Positions 38,511-48,696 of a stretch of 64,000 bases of DNA are shown in pieces. Source of the stretch: an uncultured Clostridium sp. (GTDB lineage Bacteria; Bacillota; Clostridia; TANB77; CAG-508); the NCBI GenBank assembly GCA_946404215.1, contig CAMJCT010000001.1, forward strand, positions 128,031 to 192,030. The letters are read 5' to 3'. The notes beneath the pieces are model-generated. The model saw only the letters and a program-made list of their open reading frames with translations, was not told the DNA's origin and did no database searches. The translations under genes were made by a program, and so were the position numbers. Position 1 is the first letter of the stretch, and each line of letters opens with the position of its first letter.

Positions 38511-39768
38511 ATGCATACTTTTAAAATATATATTTGCACTTTTCTAATTACTGTTCTTATTTTTTTTGATTTTTCATTTTGCTTTGCTGAAGAAACTACT
38601 TATGTATGGTCAAACTCTTCCTCCCCTGTAAATTCTAATAATGTTTTACAACTCGGAACTGAAAATAACAAATCTTCTTCAGATAGTTCTAATCCTTTAA
38701 ATTTAGAATCTGAATCTGCTATTCTAATTGAACAGTCAACAGGTCAGATTTTATATTCCCATAATATTCATGAGCAACTAAGACCAGCCTCTGTTACCAA
38801 GGTTATGAGTATATTATTAATTATGAATGCCTTAGACTCAGGAAAGATTTCGCTAAATGACTCCGTTCCTTGCAGTGAAAATGCTAGTTCTATGGGAGGT
38901 TCACAAATTTGGTTGGACCCAAGAGAAACATTAACTGTAGATGAAATGTTAAAAGCTATTTGTGTAGCTTCTGCTAATGACTGCGTTGTTGCTATGGCGG
39001 AATATATTGCAGGTTCTGAAGAAGCTTTTGTTCAAATGATGAATGATAAGGCAAAAAAACTAGGAATGAATGATACTTGCTTTAAAAACTGTCATGGACT
39101 TGACGAAGATGGGCATGTTACTTCTAGCTATGATATAGCTTTAATGTCTAGGGAATTATTAAGTAATTATCCGAATATTACGAAATATACAACTATATGG
39201 ACAGACAGCTTAAGAGATGGAAAATCCGAGCTCTCAAATACAAATAAGCTTATTAGAACTTATAAAGGTGCAACAGGACTAAAAACTGGCTCAACTGGTC
39301 TTGCCTTATATAATTTATCCGCAAGTGCAACTAGAGATGATTTATCTTTGATTGCTGTTATTATGAAAGCTCCATCTACTAAAGTAAGGTTTAGTGAAGC
39401 TCAAAAATTATTAGATTTTGGATTTAATAAGTTTTCTTATAAAGATTTTGGTAAAAAAGGTGATTTAGTAAAATCTGTTAATGTTGATAAAGGTATTATC
39501 TCATGTGTAGATGCTATTTTATCTGATAATGCAGGAGCAATTATTGAAAAAGGTCAAGAAAATAGTGTTGAACAAATACTTGAACTAGAAGAAAATATAC
39601 AAGCACCAGTAGAAAAGGGGCAAAAACTTCGGCAAAATATCTTTTTCTTTAGAGGATAATCAAATTTCATCTGTTGATATTGTTGCAAAAAATTCTGTTG
39701 AAAAAATTAGCTTGTTTTCTATGGCTAAAAGAATTTATTACTCTTGGATAGATTTATTAAGGAGCTAA
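38511..39768 (+). CDS. D-alanyl-D-alanine carboxypeptidase (PBP5/DacF-like); +1 frameshift at an in-frame CGG (~39630)
   Basis: Signal peptide; SxxK (PASVTKVMS), SxN and KTG (LKTGSTG) motifs. After ...EKGQKLR (ctt-CGG-c-aaa) the +1 frame encodes the rest of the C-terminal domain, GKISFSLEDNQISSVDIVAKNSVEKISLFSMAKRIYYSWIDLLRS*. Confidence 0.8.
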
Positions 39769-39878
39769 AACAAAAAGTTCAAAATGATTTTTTTATCATC
39801 TTGGACTTTTTTATATAATTATTTTATATTTAAATTATTCTTCTTGTAAAGATTTAACTTAATCTTTTTTACCAAATA

Positions 39879-40382
39879 TTATTCATCATCTAACGTTTCT
39901 TTTTCTTCATTTGTATTCTCTTCTTGTTCATTTTTTTTATATTTATTCATATCTTTTATCTCTTCCTTTTTATTTTGCATTTGTTTATTCATCATGTTAT
40001 TTGCTTTTTCAATTAAATCTGGCATATAATCAAGTAATTTATCTAATGATGATGTGTGGTTTAATGGCATCAATTTAACATTATTGGACTGTATTATTAG
40101 AAAAGCTATAGGATTAATTGTAACACCTGCACCTGAACCACCACCAAATGGTAATCTATATTGAATAGCTTCTTCCTTATCTTTTTTTGTATATTCATCT
40201 ATAGTTTCACCTTTGAATTCGCTCCCTCCAGCAGCAAAACCAAAAGAAACTTTGGATATAGGTATAATTACAACATTATTTGATGTCTCTATAGGCTCGC
40301 CTATTATAGTATTTACATCTATCATATCTTGAAGACTATTCATAGCTGTAATCATAAGACCCTCTATTGGATGTTCGCTCAT
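39879..40382 (-). CDS. ytfJ: Sporulation protein YtfJ/GerW family
   Basis: MSEHPIEGLMITAMNSLQDMIDVNTIIGEPIETSNNVVIIPISKVSFGFAAGGSEF, with an acidic/basic C-terminal tail. Confidence 0.8.
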   Translation of the reverse strand: MSEHPIEGLMITAMNSLQDMIDVNTIIGEPIETSNNVVIIPISKVSFGFAAGGSEFKGETIDEYTKKDKEEAIQYRLPFGGGSGAGVTINPIAFLIIQSNNVKLMPLNHTSSLDKLLDYMPDLIEKANNMMNKQMQNKKEEIKDMNKYKKNEQEENTNEEKETLDDE

Positions 40383-40953
40383 TACTTATCACTCCTTCTT
40401 TTTTACTTAATAAATATATAATATATATAATATTCCTTATTTTTAGTTCTAATATACCAGAAAACTCTATATTAACTAAATTCTCATTTATATATACAGG
40501 GTTTACTACAAATTTTTTATTTTCATAATTTGTTGTTTTTATGCTAATTATTCCTGAAATTATAGTGCTTATTACTGGAACGATTATTGCCGTTAGCATT
40601 GCATTTTCTGTTCCAATATCAATATTTAATTTCATTTTTTCTATTTCTATATTTATTTTTTTCAACGCAGTTAATTTTTTCTTATCAAAAATATTTGAAT
40701 TCTTAAGTTTATCAAAATTTATATTTTTTATTTTTTCTTCAACTTTTATTTTATCAATTTTGTTTTGAGTAAGAACAATTCTAACAATTGGTATTTTACT
40801 AAATATTCTCCATCTTATTATTACTCTATAATCGTTTTTTACATGTTTTTTTGTAATTGAAGAAAATCTAAAATTTTCAGTTTCAACTTGTATGTTTGAA
40901 AAATACATTATTATACTAACAGTTATGAAAATACAAATAAAAAGAAAAACCAA
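40336..40953 (-). CDS. DUF2953-like sporulation membrane protein (YtfI-like)
   Basis: N-terminal TM, 205 aa; immediately upstream of ytfJ and overlapping it. Confidence 0.55.
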   Translation of the reverse strand: MVFLFICIFITVSIIMYFSNIQVETENFRFSSITKKHVKNDYRVIIRWRIFSKIPIVRIVLTQNKIDKIKVEEKIKNINFDKLKNSNIFDKKKLTALKKINIEIEKMKLNIDIGTENAMLTAIIVPVISTIISGIISIKTTNYENKKFVVNPVYINENLVNIEFSGILELKIRNIIYIIYLLSKKEGVISNERTSNRGSYDYSYE

Positions 40954-41006
40954 TATTTACACCCTCTTTTAAAGGATTTATATTAGTTTTTCCCATTTTG
41001 TTTTTT

Positions 41007-41762
41007 TTAAACAGTTTTAGCTACTTTTTCTACTGTAATATCTCCAAATAATTTATCTTGTGTTGTTTCAACTTTTTTTCTTCTAGATAATTCAAGTAAT
41101 CCTGAAAATGCTGTAATAACTTCTTGTTTATTCTTTTTATTAACTGAAAACAATTTATTAAACACAAATCTTTTTTGTTTAACTAAAACTCTATACATTT
41201 CCTTGACTTTACTTGCTACTGTATAATTTTCCACTAAAGCTATTTTTTCAATATTTTTAGCATTCTTATTTAGTTTTACGCTGTTTCTTTCTATTAGTTT
41301 TTTATAAACTTGTATTATAATTTCTGGGTCATAATTTTTTTCTAATTTTTGCTTAGGTAATTTAATTTGCTCTGTATCTTTAAAAAATCTATTTGAATTT
41401 TCAATATAGTTTTCTTTTAAAACAATGCTTATATCTTTAAACTTTTTATATTCTATAATTCTACGGATAATTTCCTCTTCTGTTATTTCTTCTTCATCGT
41501 CTTCTTTTTGTTTTGGTAATAAACTTTTAGATTTTATATATAAAAGTGTAGAAGCCATTACAAGAAATTCGCTAGCTATTTCTAATTCTAGTTTTTCCTG
41601 TTCCTTTAAATATTCTATATATTGATCTGTTATTTCACTCAAATTAATGTCATATATGTTCATTTTATTCTCATCAATTAAATGACATAATAAGTCAAGT
41701 GGCCCTTGGAAATTATTAATTTTTATAGCGTATTTTTTTGTTTCTAATGTTAATATTGACAT
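41007..41762 (-). CDS. scpA: Segregation and condensation protein A
   Basis: FQGPLDLLCHLIDENKMNIYDINLSEITDQYIEYL and ScpA C-terminal winged helix. Confidence 0.85.
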   Translation of the reverse strand: MSILTLETKKYAIKINNFQGPLDLLCHLIDENKMNIYDINLSEITDQYIEYLKEQEKLELEIASEFLVMASTLLYIKSKSLLPKQKEDDEEEITEEEIIRRIIEYKKFKDISIVLKENYIENSNRFFKDTEQIKLPKQKLEKNYDPEIIIQVYKKLIERNSVKLNKNAKNIEKIALVENYTVASKVKEMYRVLVKQKRFVFNKLFSVNKKNKQEVITAFSGLLELSRRKKVETTQDKLFGDITVEKVAKTV

Positions 41763-41787
41763 TTTTCTCTCCTTGTAAAGCTTAACA

Positions 41788-42234
41788 TTAAATTGATTCT
41801 AAATTTAATGTTATATTTTCTAATTCGTATCCTTTTTTCAATAGATACTGTTTTATTTCTTCTTTGTCCATAGTGTTGGATTTTTTATATATAATGTTAG
41901 ATATTGACTTGTTTTCAAACACCTCTAAATCTTCTTTATTATTATATATGTATTCTTCTATATCTTCTTTTTTTAACCCTTTAGAAATTAATTTATATTG
42001 TATTTCTTTTATAGACAGATTTTTTAATGCAATAAAATTATTCACTGTTTTTTCTATATATTCTTTATCATCTATATATTTTGCATCTTTTAAATACTGT
42101 ATAATATCTTCTAATAAATTATCTTCTATTGTTTTAGAAAATTTACTTCTGACTTCTTGTTCACTTCTTTTTTTGTATAAAATATATTTTAATACTCTTG
42201 TTTTTTCTTTATCAAATTCTTCTATTGTATACAT
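41788..42234 (-). CDS. recX: Regulatory protein RecX
   Basis: 148 aa of helical repeats, directly downstream of recA. Confidence 0.6.
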   Translation of the reverse strand: MYTIEEFDKEKTRVLKYILYKKRSEQEVRSKFSKTIEDNLLEDIIQYLKDAKYIDDKEYIEKTVNNFIALKNLSIKEIQYKLISKGLKKEDIEEYIYNNKEDLEVFENKSISNIIYKKSNTMDKEEIKQYLLKKGYELENITLNLESI

Positions 42235-42252
42235 AGTTTTCCTCTAATTTAT

Positions 42253-43296
42253 TTAATCTTCATCTTCTTTGCTTGGAAGTTCTTCGCCTAAGCTTTGCTC
42301 AAAAGCTTTAGCAAAGTTTTCTCTAACTTTTTGTTCTACTTCTTCTAAAATCTCTGGATTCTCTTTTAAATATTTCTTTACATTTTCTCTTCCTTGTCCT
42401 ATTCTATCTCCATTATAACTGAACCAAGATCCTGATTTTTCTATAATATCTAAATTAACTGCCATGTCTAAAATATTACCCTCTTTGGAAATTCCTTGAC
42501 CATATACAACGTCAAACTCTGCTTCTCTAAAAGGTGGAGCAACTTTATTTTTTACAATTTTTACTCTAACTCTATTCCCCTTTACCTCGCCATCTTGCTT
42601 TATATTTTCTATTTTTCTAATATCCATTCTTACTGACGCATAAAATTTTAATGCTCTACCACCAGTTGTTGTTTCTGGATTTCCAAACATTACTCCTATT
42701 TTTTCTCTTAATTGATTAATAAATATTATTACTGTTTTAGATTTATTTATGGCTCCTGCAAGTTTTCTTAATGCCTGTGACATTAATCTTGCTTGAAGGC
42801 CCATATGAGAATCACCCATATCACCATCAATTTCTGCCTTTGGTACTAAAGCTGCAACGGAATCCACTACAATAACATCTAAAGCTCCGCTTCTTACTAG
42901 ACTTTCTGTTATCTCCAAAGCTTGTTCACCTGTGTCTGGTTGTGAAACTATTAAATCATCTATATTAACTCCTAACTTTTTTGCATAAACCGGATCTAAT
43001 GCATGCTCTGCATCTATAAAAGCAGCTTCTCCGCCCATTTTTTGAGCTTCTGCTATTACATGTAGTGCAAGTGTTGTCTTTCCAGATGATTCTGGTCCAT
43101 ATATTTCTATAATTCTACCTCTTGGAACTCCACCTATTCCTAATGCTATATCTAAACTCAAAGCCCCTGTTGGTATTGCTTCAACTTCCATTGCTTTAAA
43201 TTCGCCTAATTTCATTACTGATCCTTTTCCAAATTGCTTTTCTATTTGACTCATTGCCATCTCTAACGCTTTTTTTCTTTCTGTATTTTCTTCCAT
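42253..43296 (-). CDS. recA: Recombinase RecA
   Basis: GPESSGKTT Walker A, L1/L2 loops, 347 aa. Confidence 0.95.
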   Translation of the reverse strand: MEENTERKKALEMAMSQIEKQFGKGSVMKLGEFKAMEVEAIPTGALSLDIALGIGGVPRGRIIEIYGPESSGKTTLALHVIAEAQKMGGEAAFIDAEHALDPVYAKKLGVNIDDLIVSQPDTGEQALEITESLVRSGALDVIVVDSVAALVPKAEIDGDMGDSHMGLQARLMSQALRKLAGAINKSKTVIIFINQLREKIGVMFGNPETTTGGRALKFYASVRMDIRKIENIKQDGEVKGNRVRVKIVKNKVAPPFREAEFDVVYGQGISKEGNILDMAVNLDIIEKSGSWFSYNGDRIGQGRENVKKYLKENPEILEEVEQKVRENFAKAFEQSLGEELPSKEDED

Positions 43297-43338
43297 ATTT
43301 TCCTCCTTAAATTTTTAAAACTTTTGTTTGATGTTTTC

Positions 43339-43366
43339 ATTATATACCAAATTTTTGTTTTGTCAA
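43339..43366 (-). promoter_or_regulatory. Sigma-A promoter of recA (TTGACA-16-TATAAT)
   Basis: Minus strand TTGACAaaacaaaaatttggtaTATAAT; no GAAC-N4-GTTC Cheo box nearby. Confidence 0.55.
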
Positions 43367-43396
43367 TAGTTTTTTGTTGTTTTTTTGTTAGAATTA

Positions 43397-44980
43397 TTAT
43401 TTATACCAACTTTCTATACCATAGAATTGATTAAACCAATTTGGGTACATATCTCCTACTAATTCTGAATTATATGCAACTATATATTTATTGCTACATA
43501 GTCCTACATATGGTATCTCCTCCTTAAAAATTTCAGCTATCCTGTTAAATTTTTCTTTTAATATGTTTTCATCTGTTGTGTTTTTTACTTCTTCCATTAT
43601 ATTTTTAATTTCATCATTTGAATAATTTGCCAAGTTATTCTCTCCAAAAAATGTATTTAGATTAGGACTTGGAGATAGAGTTATACTGCATATTGCAATA
43701 TCATAATTCTTATTTTGTATACTGCTATTGTATTGTTCATCAGATGCTTGCACAATATTTATTCTAATTCCTTGATTTTCTAATTGTGATTTTACATTTT
43801 CTGCAACTGCTAATTTTGATGAATCACTTGCTTTTACCAGTAAATTCAAGGCAATTTTCTGAGTTCTATAATCTTCAATTTTTTGCCAATATTGATATTT
43901 ATAATTCCAACCATTGTCTACTAATACTTGCTTAGCTTGTTCTAAGTTATACCCTGCACTTACCTCTTGACCTTGTGATAACCAACTTCCATAATCTAAT
44001 GGAAAACTAGTTGTATAGCATTTATTATTAAATATATTTGATACTATACTTTCTTTATCTATAGAATATGAAATTGCTTTTCTAACTTCTAACTTAGAAA
44101 GAAAATAGTTTTTTGTGTTAAAAGTTAGAAATGTATATTCTCTTCCTTTCATTTCTTTTGAACTGTATCCTATTGTTCCTATATATTCCTGAACATTTTC
44201 ATTTGTTGTTGAAATTAAATCTAAATTTCCTATTTTAAAACTATTATATAATTCTCCTATTGAAGAATATAGATTTACTGTAATCTTTTCAAGAGATAAA
44301 TTTTTTGTTTTGTTCCACCAACTAGTATTTTTAACTAATGTTATATACGAAGGCTGAACTTCTGAAATTTTGTACATCCCTGTTCCTACAGGTGATTTAT
44401 TTTTCTCTGTATTATTAAAATCTTGAGCTCCGTAATAATCTTTTGATACTATAGGAAAAGTTAGATTGTATTCAAAAAAAGGTATTTCTTTATCTAAATA
44501 TATCTTTACTGTATAATCATCAATTATATCTATACCTATAACATTTTCTACATTGTATGAATATATAGTAGATGTATCTTTTAGTCTATCTATAGTATAT
44601 TTTACATCATCTGCTGTGAATTTTTGTCCATTTGACCATTTAACATTTTCTCGCAATTTAATTAAATATGAATTATCACTCTGTTTTGCCCACTCTTTTG
44701 CCAAACATGGTTCTGCTTTATAATTTGATGTTAGATTTACCAATGGCTCATATATTAGTTTAGTTATATCTTGTACATTTTTATTTTTACTTAAAATTGG
44801 ATTTATTGTATCAAGTGAAGCAATTCCCAATTTTATTTCTTTAACTTTTTCCTCTTTACTGTTTGCATCTTGTACTGATTCTTCTTTATTTGCTTCTTCT
44901 CCTTTTATTCTTACTACTGCAAATATTAAAATTAATATTACAAAAAATATAAATATATATTTAAACCAATTTGATTGCAT
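43397..44980 (-). CDS. ABC transporter substrate-binding protein, family 5 (oligopeptide/nickel type), membrane-anchored
   Basis: 527 aa, N-terminal TM/signal anchor, SBP_bac_5-like (AEPCLAKEWAKQSDNSYLIKLRENVKWSNGQKFTADDV). Confidence 0.7.
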   Translation of the reverse strand: MQSNWFKYIFIFFVILILIFAVVRIKGEEANKEESVQDANSKEEKVKEIKLGIASLDTINPILSKNKNVQDITKLIYEPLVNLTSNYKAEPCLAKEWAKQSDNSYLIKLRENVKWSNGQKFTADDVKYTIDRLKDTSTIYSYNVENVIGIDIIDDYTVKIYLDKEIPFFEYNLTFPIVSKDYYGAQDFNNTEKNKSPVGTGMYKISEVQPSYITLVKNTSWWNKTKNLSLEKITVNLYSSIGELYNSFKIGNLDLISTTNENVQEYIGTIGYSSKEMKGREYTFLTFNTKNYFLSKLEVRKAISYSIDKESIVSNIFNNKCYTTSFPLDYGSWLSQGQEVSAGYNLEQAKQVLVDNGWNYKYQYWQKIEDYRTQKIALNLLVKASDSSKLAVAENVKSQLENQGIRINIVQASDEQYNSSIQNKNYDIAICSITLSPSPNLNTFFGENNLANYSNDEIKNIMEEVKNTTDENILKEKFNRIAEIFKEEIPYVGLCSNKYIVAYNSELVGDMYPNWFNQFYGIESWYK

Positions 44981-45045
44981 TATTTCCTCCTATTCTTTTG
45001 CTATCATACATTAATTTATTTAAAAATTCAAGTAAAACTGATTAA

Positions 45046-45086
45046 AAAAACAAAACGAGCTACACATAATTTGTAGCCCGTATATA
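45046..45086 (-). terminator. Rho-independent terminator of spoVS
   Basis: ACGAGCTACA-loop-TGTAGCCCGT plus a T-run on the minus strand. Confidence 0.65.
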
Positions 45087-45095
45087 TTTATACTT

Positions 45096-45359
45096 TTATG
45101 TTCTTGACTCAACTATTAGTTTTATACCTGTTCTGTCTTCCCCTTCAATTTCCACTTCAGCAAATGCTGGTATACAAACTAAATCCACTCCTGCTGGTGC
45201 TACAAAACCTCTTGCTATAGCAACAGCTTTAACTGCCTGATTTAATGCCCCTGCCCCAATTGCTTGCATTTCTGCCTTATTTGATTCTTTTACTAATCCA
45301 GCTATTGCTCCTGCTACTGAATTAGGATTTGATTTTGATGAAATTTTTAAAATTTCCAT
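45096..45359 (-). CDS. spoVS: Stage V sporulation protein S
   Basis: MEILKISSKSNPNSVAGAIAGLV...AIGAGALNQAVKAVAIARGFVAP, near-identical in pattern to SpoVS. Confidence 0.95.
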   Translation of the reverse strand: MEILKISSKSNPNSVAGAIAGLVKESNKAEMQAIGAGALNQAVKAVAIARGFVAPAGVDLVCIPAFAEVEIEGEDRTGIKLIVESRT

Positions 45360-45537
45360 TTTCTTTTGCCTCCTATAAATTTTATTTTTGTTGCAACTTT
45401 TACGATGTTAATTTTACATTATATGGAAATTGTTGTAAAGTGCTTTTTAGAAATTTTTAACAAAACTCACCGCAATAAAAAATCATATTCGACAAATTTC
45501 TACTGACATTTTTAATTTATTTCATAATATATTTTTT

Positions 45538-46317
45538 TTATAATTGTAATCTTTTTATGCTATTTACTTTATTAGTGATATCATCAATATTAAATATTAC
45601 TCCATTAAATATACTTTCTCCTGTAGCAATTTTGTACCTTTCAGGTAAAGTAGTTTCAAATCTTTTTAATGATGCTTCTATATCCATACCAATAACAGAG
45701 TTTTTAGGTCCTGTCATTCCTATATCTGTTATATATGCTGTACCTTTTGGCAATATTTTTTCATCTGCAGTTTGCACATGTGTATGAGTTCCAAACATTG
45801 CAGTTATTTTTCCATCTACAAAATATCCCATTGCAATTTTTTCTGCAGTAGCCTCTGCATGAAAATCTAAGAAGATCATATCAACATTATCTTTTAACTC
45901 TTTTATTATTTTTTCTATAACTATAAATGGATTTTCTGAAAGAACATTCATATCTACTCTTCCGATTAAATTTATAACGGCTATTTTTTTATTCTTACAT
46001 CTGTATATATTATACCCTTTTCCAACTATGCCTTCTGCATAATTAGCAGGTCTTATTATTTTGGGATTATCTATAAACTGAAAAATGTCTTTTTTTCCCC
46101 ACGTATGATTTCCCATTGTTATTGTATCTACTTTGGCTTCTAATATATCTTCAAAATTCTTATTAGTAATTCCCATTCCTTCTGCGGAATTTTCTGCATT
46201 AACTATAGTAAAATCTATTTGTTCTTTTTCTCTTATTTTATTTAAAGTTGATTTCATTTTTTTTATACCTGTATTTCCAACTAAATCGCCTATTGCTAAA
46301 ATTTTCAAATAAATCAC
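45538..46317 (-). CDS. ymdB: TIGR00282 family metallophosphoesterase YmdB (2',3'-cNMP phosphodiesterase)
   Basis: ILAIGDLVGNTG...GNHTWGKKDIF...GTHTHVQTAD; conserved rny-ymdB-spoVS synteny. Confidence 0.85.
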   Translation of the reverse strand: MIYLKILAIGDLVGNTGIKKMKSTLNKIREKEQIDFTIVNAENSAEGMGITNKNFEDILEAKVDTITMGNHTWGKKDIFQFIDNPKIIRPANYAEGIVGKGYNIYRCKNKKIAVINLIGRVDMNVLSENPFIVIEKIIKELKDNVDMIFLDFHAEATAEKIAMGYFVDGKITAMFGTHTHVQTADEKILPKGTAYITDIGMTGPKNSVIGMDIEASLKRFETTLPERYKIATGESIFNGVIFNIDDITNKVNSIKRLQL

Positions 46318-46397
46318 TTCTTTCTTTTTTTTGTATTATGATACTATATTTTTTTAAAATAAGCAAGTATATCAACCACTGTAGATGTTGTTAAATT

Positions 46398-46432
46398 GGT
46401 TAAAAAAAATCTGCTTGGATTTTCCAAGCAGA
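46398..46432 (-). terminator. Hairpin terminator
   Basis: ATCTGCTTGG-aaaat-CCAAGCAGAT followed by T8 on the minus strand. Confidence 0.6.
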
Positions 46433-46440
46433 TAAAGGTG

Positions 46441-46698
46441 CTACAAAGATTTCAAGAATTGATATGCCCAATTTATGAAATCTTGTATTTCTTCGTCTGA
46501 AACTTTTTCCACTTTCTTATCTTTGATATCAATTCCTGTCCTTTTTAGAACAGTCTCAACATCTTCTGGAAAAATACGATCCATACAAATTGCACCACCA
46601 TCTGGCACCCGAACACATTTTATCATCCGCTTTGTGTCCAAAAATACAATTTCGCCCAGTAAATTGCGGTAGCAGAAAATAGTTTGTGTTGCCATCAT
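46441..46698 (-). CDS. Hypothetical 85-aa protein between rny and ymdB
   Basis: GAGGGAGG RBS. It contains the only two in-frame CGG codons in the window that show no frameshift (aag-CGG-atg, gtt-CGG-gtg). Confidence 0.4.
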   Translation of the reverse strand: MMATQTIFCYRNLLGEIVFLDTKRMIKCVRVPDGGAICMDRIFPEDVETVLKRTGIDIKDKKVEKVSDEEIQDFINWAYQFLKSL

Positions 46699-46805
46699 AA
46701 GGATAACCTCCCTCTGTATATTATTGCCGAGCATGTTGCTTACTTTTAAAGTATATATTATATTTCGACGAAATTCAACATTTTTCATCTTTTTTTAGAA
46801 AAGTT

Positions 46806-46906
46806 TGTTACTGGTCGTTACTAGTCAGCCTATCGTTATTTTAATGCCCGCGCCAGTGATTACTATATAAATATTTTGAGAATTTATCGAATGCGACTGG
46901 TATAAC
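46806..46906. repeat. MITE-like element, copy B (partial; the 3' arm is replaced by the rny terminator)
   Basis: Shares GTTACTGGTCGTTACTAGTCAGCCTATCGTTATTTTAATGCCCGCGCCAGTGATTACTATATAAATATTTTGAGAAT with copies A and C. Confidence 0.5.
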
Positions 46907-46912
46907 TTAAAA

Positions 46913-46947
46913 AATGTCCCCGGAGTTTTTACTCCAAGGACATATTT
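46913..46947 (-). terminator. Rho-independent terminator of rny
   Basis: Minus strand ATGTCCTTGGAGTAAAAACTCCGGGGACAT plus TTTTTT. Confidence 0.65.
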
Positions 46948-46949
46948 AA

Positions 46950-48491
46950 TTATTTTGCATAATCAACTACTCTTGTTTCTCTAATTATATTGACTTTTAT
47001 TTGACCTGGATAATCCATTTCGTTTTCAATTCTTTTTGATACATCTCTTGCCAAAATAGTCATTTTGTCATCTGATATTTTTTCAGGTTTTACAACAATC
47101 CTAACTTCACGTCCTGCCTGAATAGCAAATGATTTCTCTACTCCATCAAAAGAATCTGCTATTTCTTCAAGATTTTGTAGTCTCTTAATATATGCTTCTA
47201 ATGTTTCTCTTCTTGCACCTGGTCTAGATGCTGATATTGCATCTGCTGCTTGTACTAAAACAGCTTCAAGAGTTTGTGGTTCTACATCACCATGATGTGC
47301 CTCTACAGCATTTATTACTATTGGATTTTCTTTGTATTTTTTTAGAATTTCTACTCCTATCTCAACATGAGTACCTTCCATATCATGGTCTAAAGCTTTA
47401 CCTATATCGTGTAGAAGACCAGCTCTTCTTGCAAGTTTTGGATCTAATCCTAATTCTTCTGCCATAATTCTTGCTAAATTTGAAACTTCAATTGAATGGT
47501 TTAATACATTTTGTCCGTAGCTTGTTCTATATTTTAATTTTCCAATTAACTTTACAATATCTGGATGAAGTCCAATTACTCCTGTTTCTAATACTGCTCT
47601 TTCTCCTTCTTCTTTTATTGTATTTTCTACCTCTTCCTTTGCTTTTTCAACCATTTCTTCTATTTTAGCTGGATGGATTCTACCATCATCAATTAATTTT
47701 TCCAAAGCTATTTTAGCAACTTCTCTTCTTAGTGGGTCAAATCCTGATAAAACTACTGCTTCTGGTGTATCGTCAATAATCAAGTCTATACCTGTTAATG
47801 TTTCTAATGCTTTTATATTTCTACCTTCTCTACCTATTATTCTTCCTTTCATTTCATCATTAGGAAGTGCCACTATAGATACTGTGGTCTCTTGTGAATG
47901 ATCTGCTGCACATTTTTGTACTGCATAGCATAAAATTTCTTTAGCATTTTTTATTGCATCATCTTTTGCTTTTTGCTCTTTTTCTCGAATTAAAGATGCC
48001 TTTTCAGCTGTTAATTCTTTATCCATTTCAGATAACAATCTAGCTTTTGCTTCTTCCCTTGTTAAAGATGCAATCTTTTGAAGTTCAACCATTTCTTGTT
48101 CATGTAATGATTCCAACTCTTCTTTTTGTTTTGCTATTTCTTGAATTTCTTTCTCAACTTCTCTTTCTTTCTTTTCGAAGTTTTCTGCGCGTTTTTCTAA
48201 GTTTTCTTCTTTTTGAATAAGTCTTGATTCTTGTTTTTGTATCTCGCCTCTTCTTTCTTTAATCTCTTGATCCAATTCTTTTCTATTATTCATAATTTCT
48301 TCTTTTGCTTTGATGATTTCTTCTTTTTTTAAGTTTTCAGCTTCTTTTTTAGCTGATTCTACTAATCTTTTAGCTTCGTTTTCTGCTCCTTGAATTTTAG
48401 ATTCTGCAATCTTTTTACGATATGCCATTCCCGCTGGTACACCTATTGCAAATGAGATTAAGACAGTGGCGATAATGATTAAAATATTCAT
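46950..48491 (-). CDS. rny: Ribonuclease Y
   Basis: N-terminal TM, coiled coil, KH domain and HD domain (HSIEV...LLHDIGK). Confidence 0.95.
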   Translation of the reverse strand: MNILIIIATVLISFAIGVPAGMAYRKKIAESKIQGAENEAKRLVESAKKEAENLKKEEIIKAKEEIMNNRKELDQEIKERRGEIQKQESRLIQKEENLEKRAENFEKKEREVEKEIQEIAKQKEELESLHEQEMVELQKIASLTREEAKARLLSEMDKELTAEKASLIREKEQKAKDDAIKNAKEILCYAVQKCAADHSQETTVSIVALPNDEMKGRIIGREGRNIKALETLTGIDLIIDDTPEAVVLSGFDPLRREVAKIALEKLIDDGRIHPAKIEEMVEKAKEEVENTIKEEGERAVLETGVIGLHPDIVKLIGKLKYRTSYGQNVLNHSIEVSNLARIMAEELGLDPKLARRAGLLHDIGKALDHDMEGTHVEIGVEILKKYKENPIVINAVEAHHGDVEPQTLEAVLVQAADAISASRPGARRETLEAYIKRLQNLEEIADSFDGVEKSFAIQAGREVRIVVKPEKISDDKMTILARDVSKRIENEMDYPGQIKVNIIRETRVVDYAK

Positions 48492-48611
48492 AATCATACA
48501 CCTCTTTCTTATTAAATTTTCAATGTTCGAATAAAATATATATATATGTAAATTTTATTAATATATTTTTTCCTACCTATTCTATTTTATATTTATTATT
48601 GTAAACTGTCA

Positions 48612-48692
48612 AGTGTTTTTTAGCATGTTTTTAGAGACACCTACCATAAAAACATCTTTAGGTGTTTTTGATAAGTGTCCCCTTTTTCACCT
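48612..48692. repeat. Inverted pair of REP-like elements (degenerate) between ileS and rny
   Basis: TTTTTAGAGACACCTACCATAAAAACATCTTTAGGTGTTTTTGATAAGTGTCCCC. Confidence 0.55.
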
Positions 48693-48696
48693 TTTT

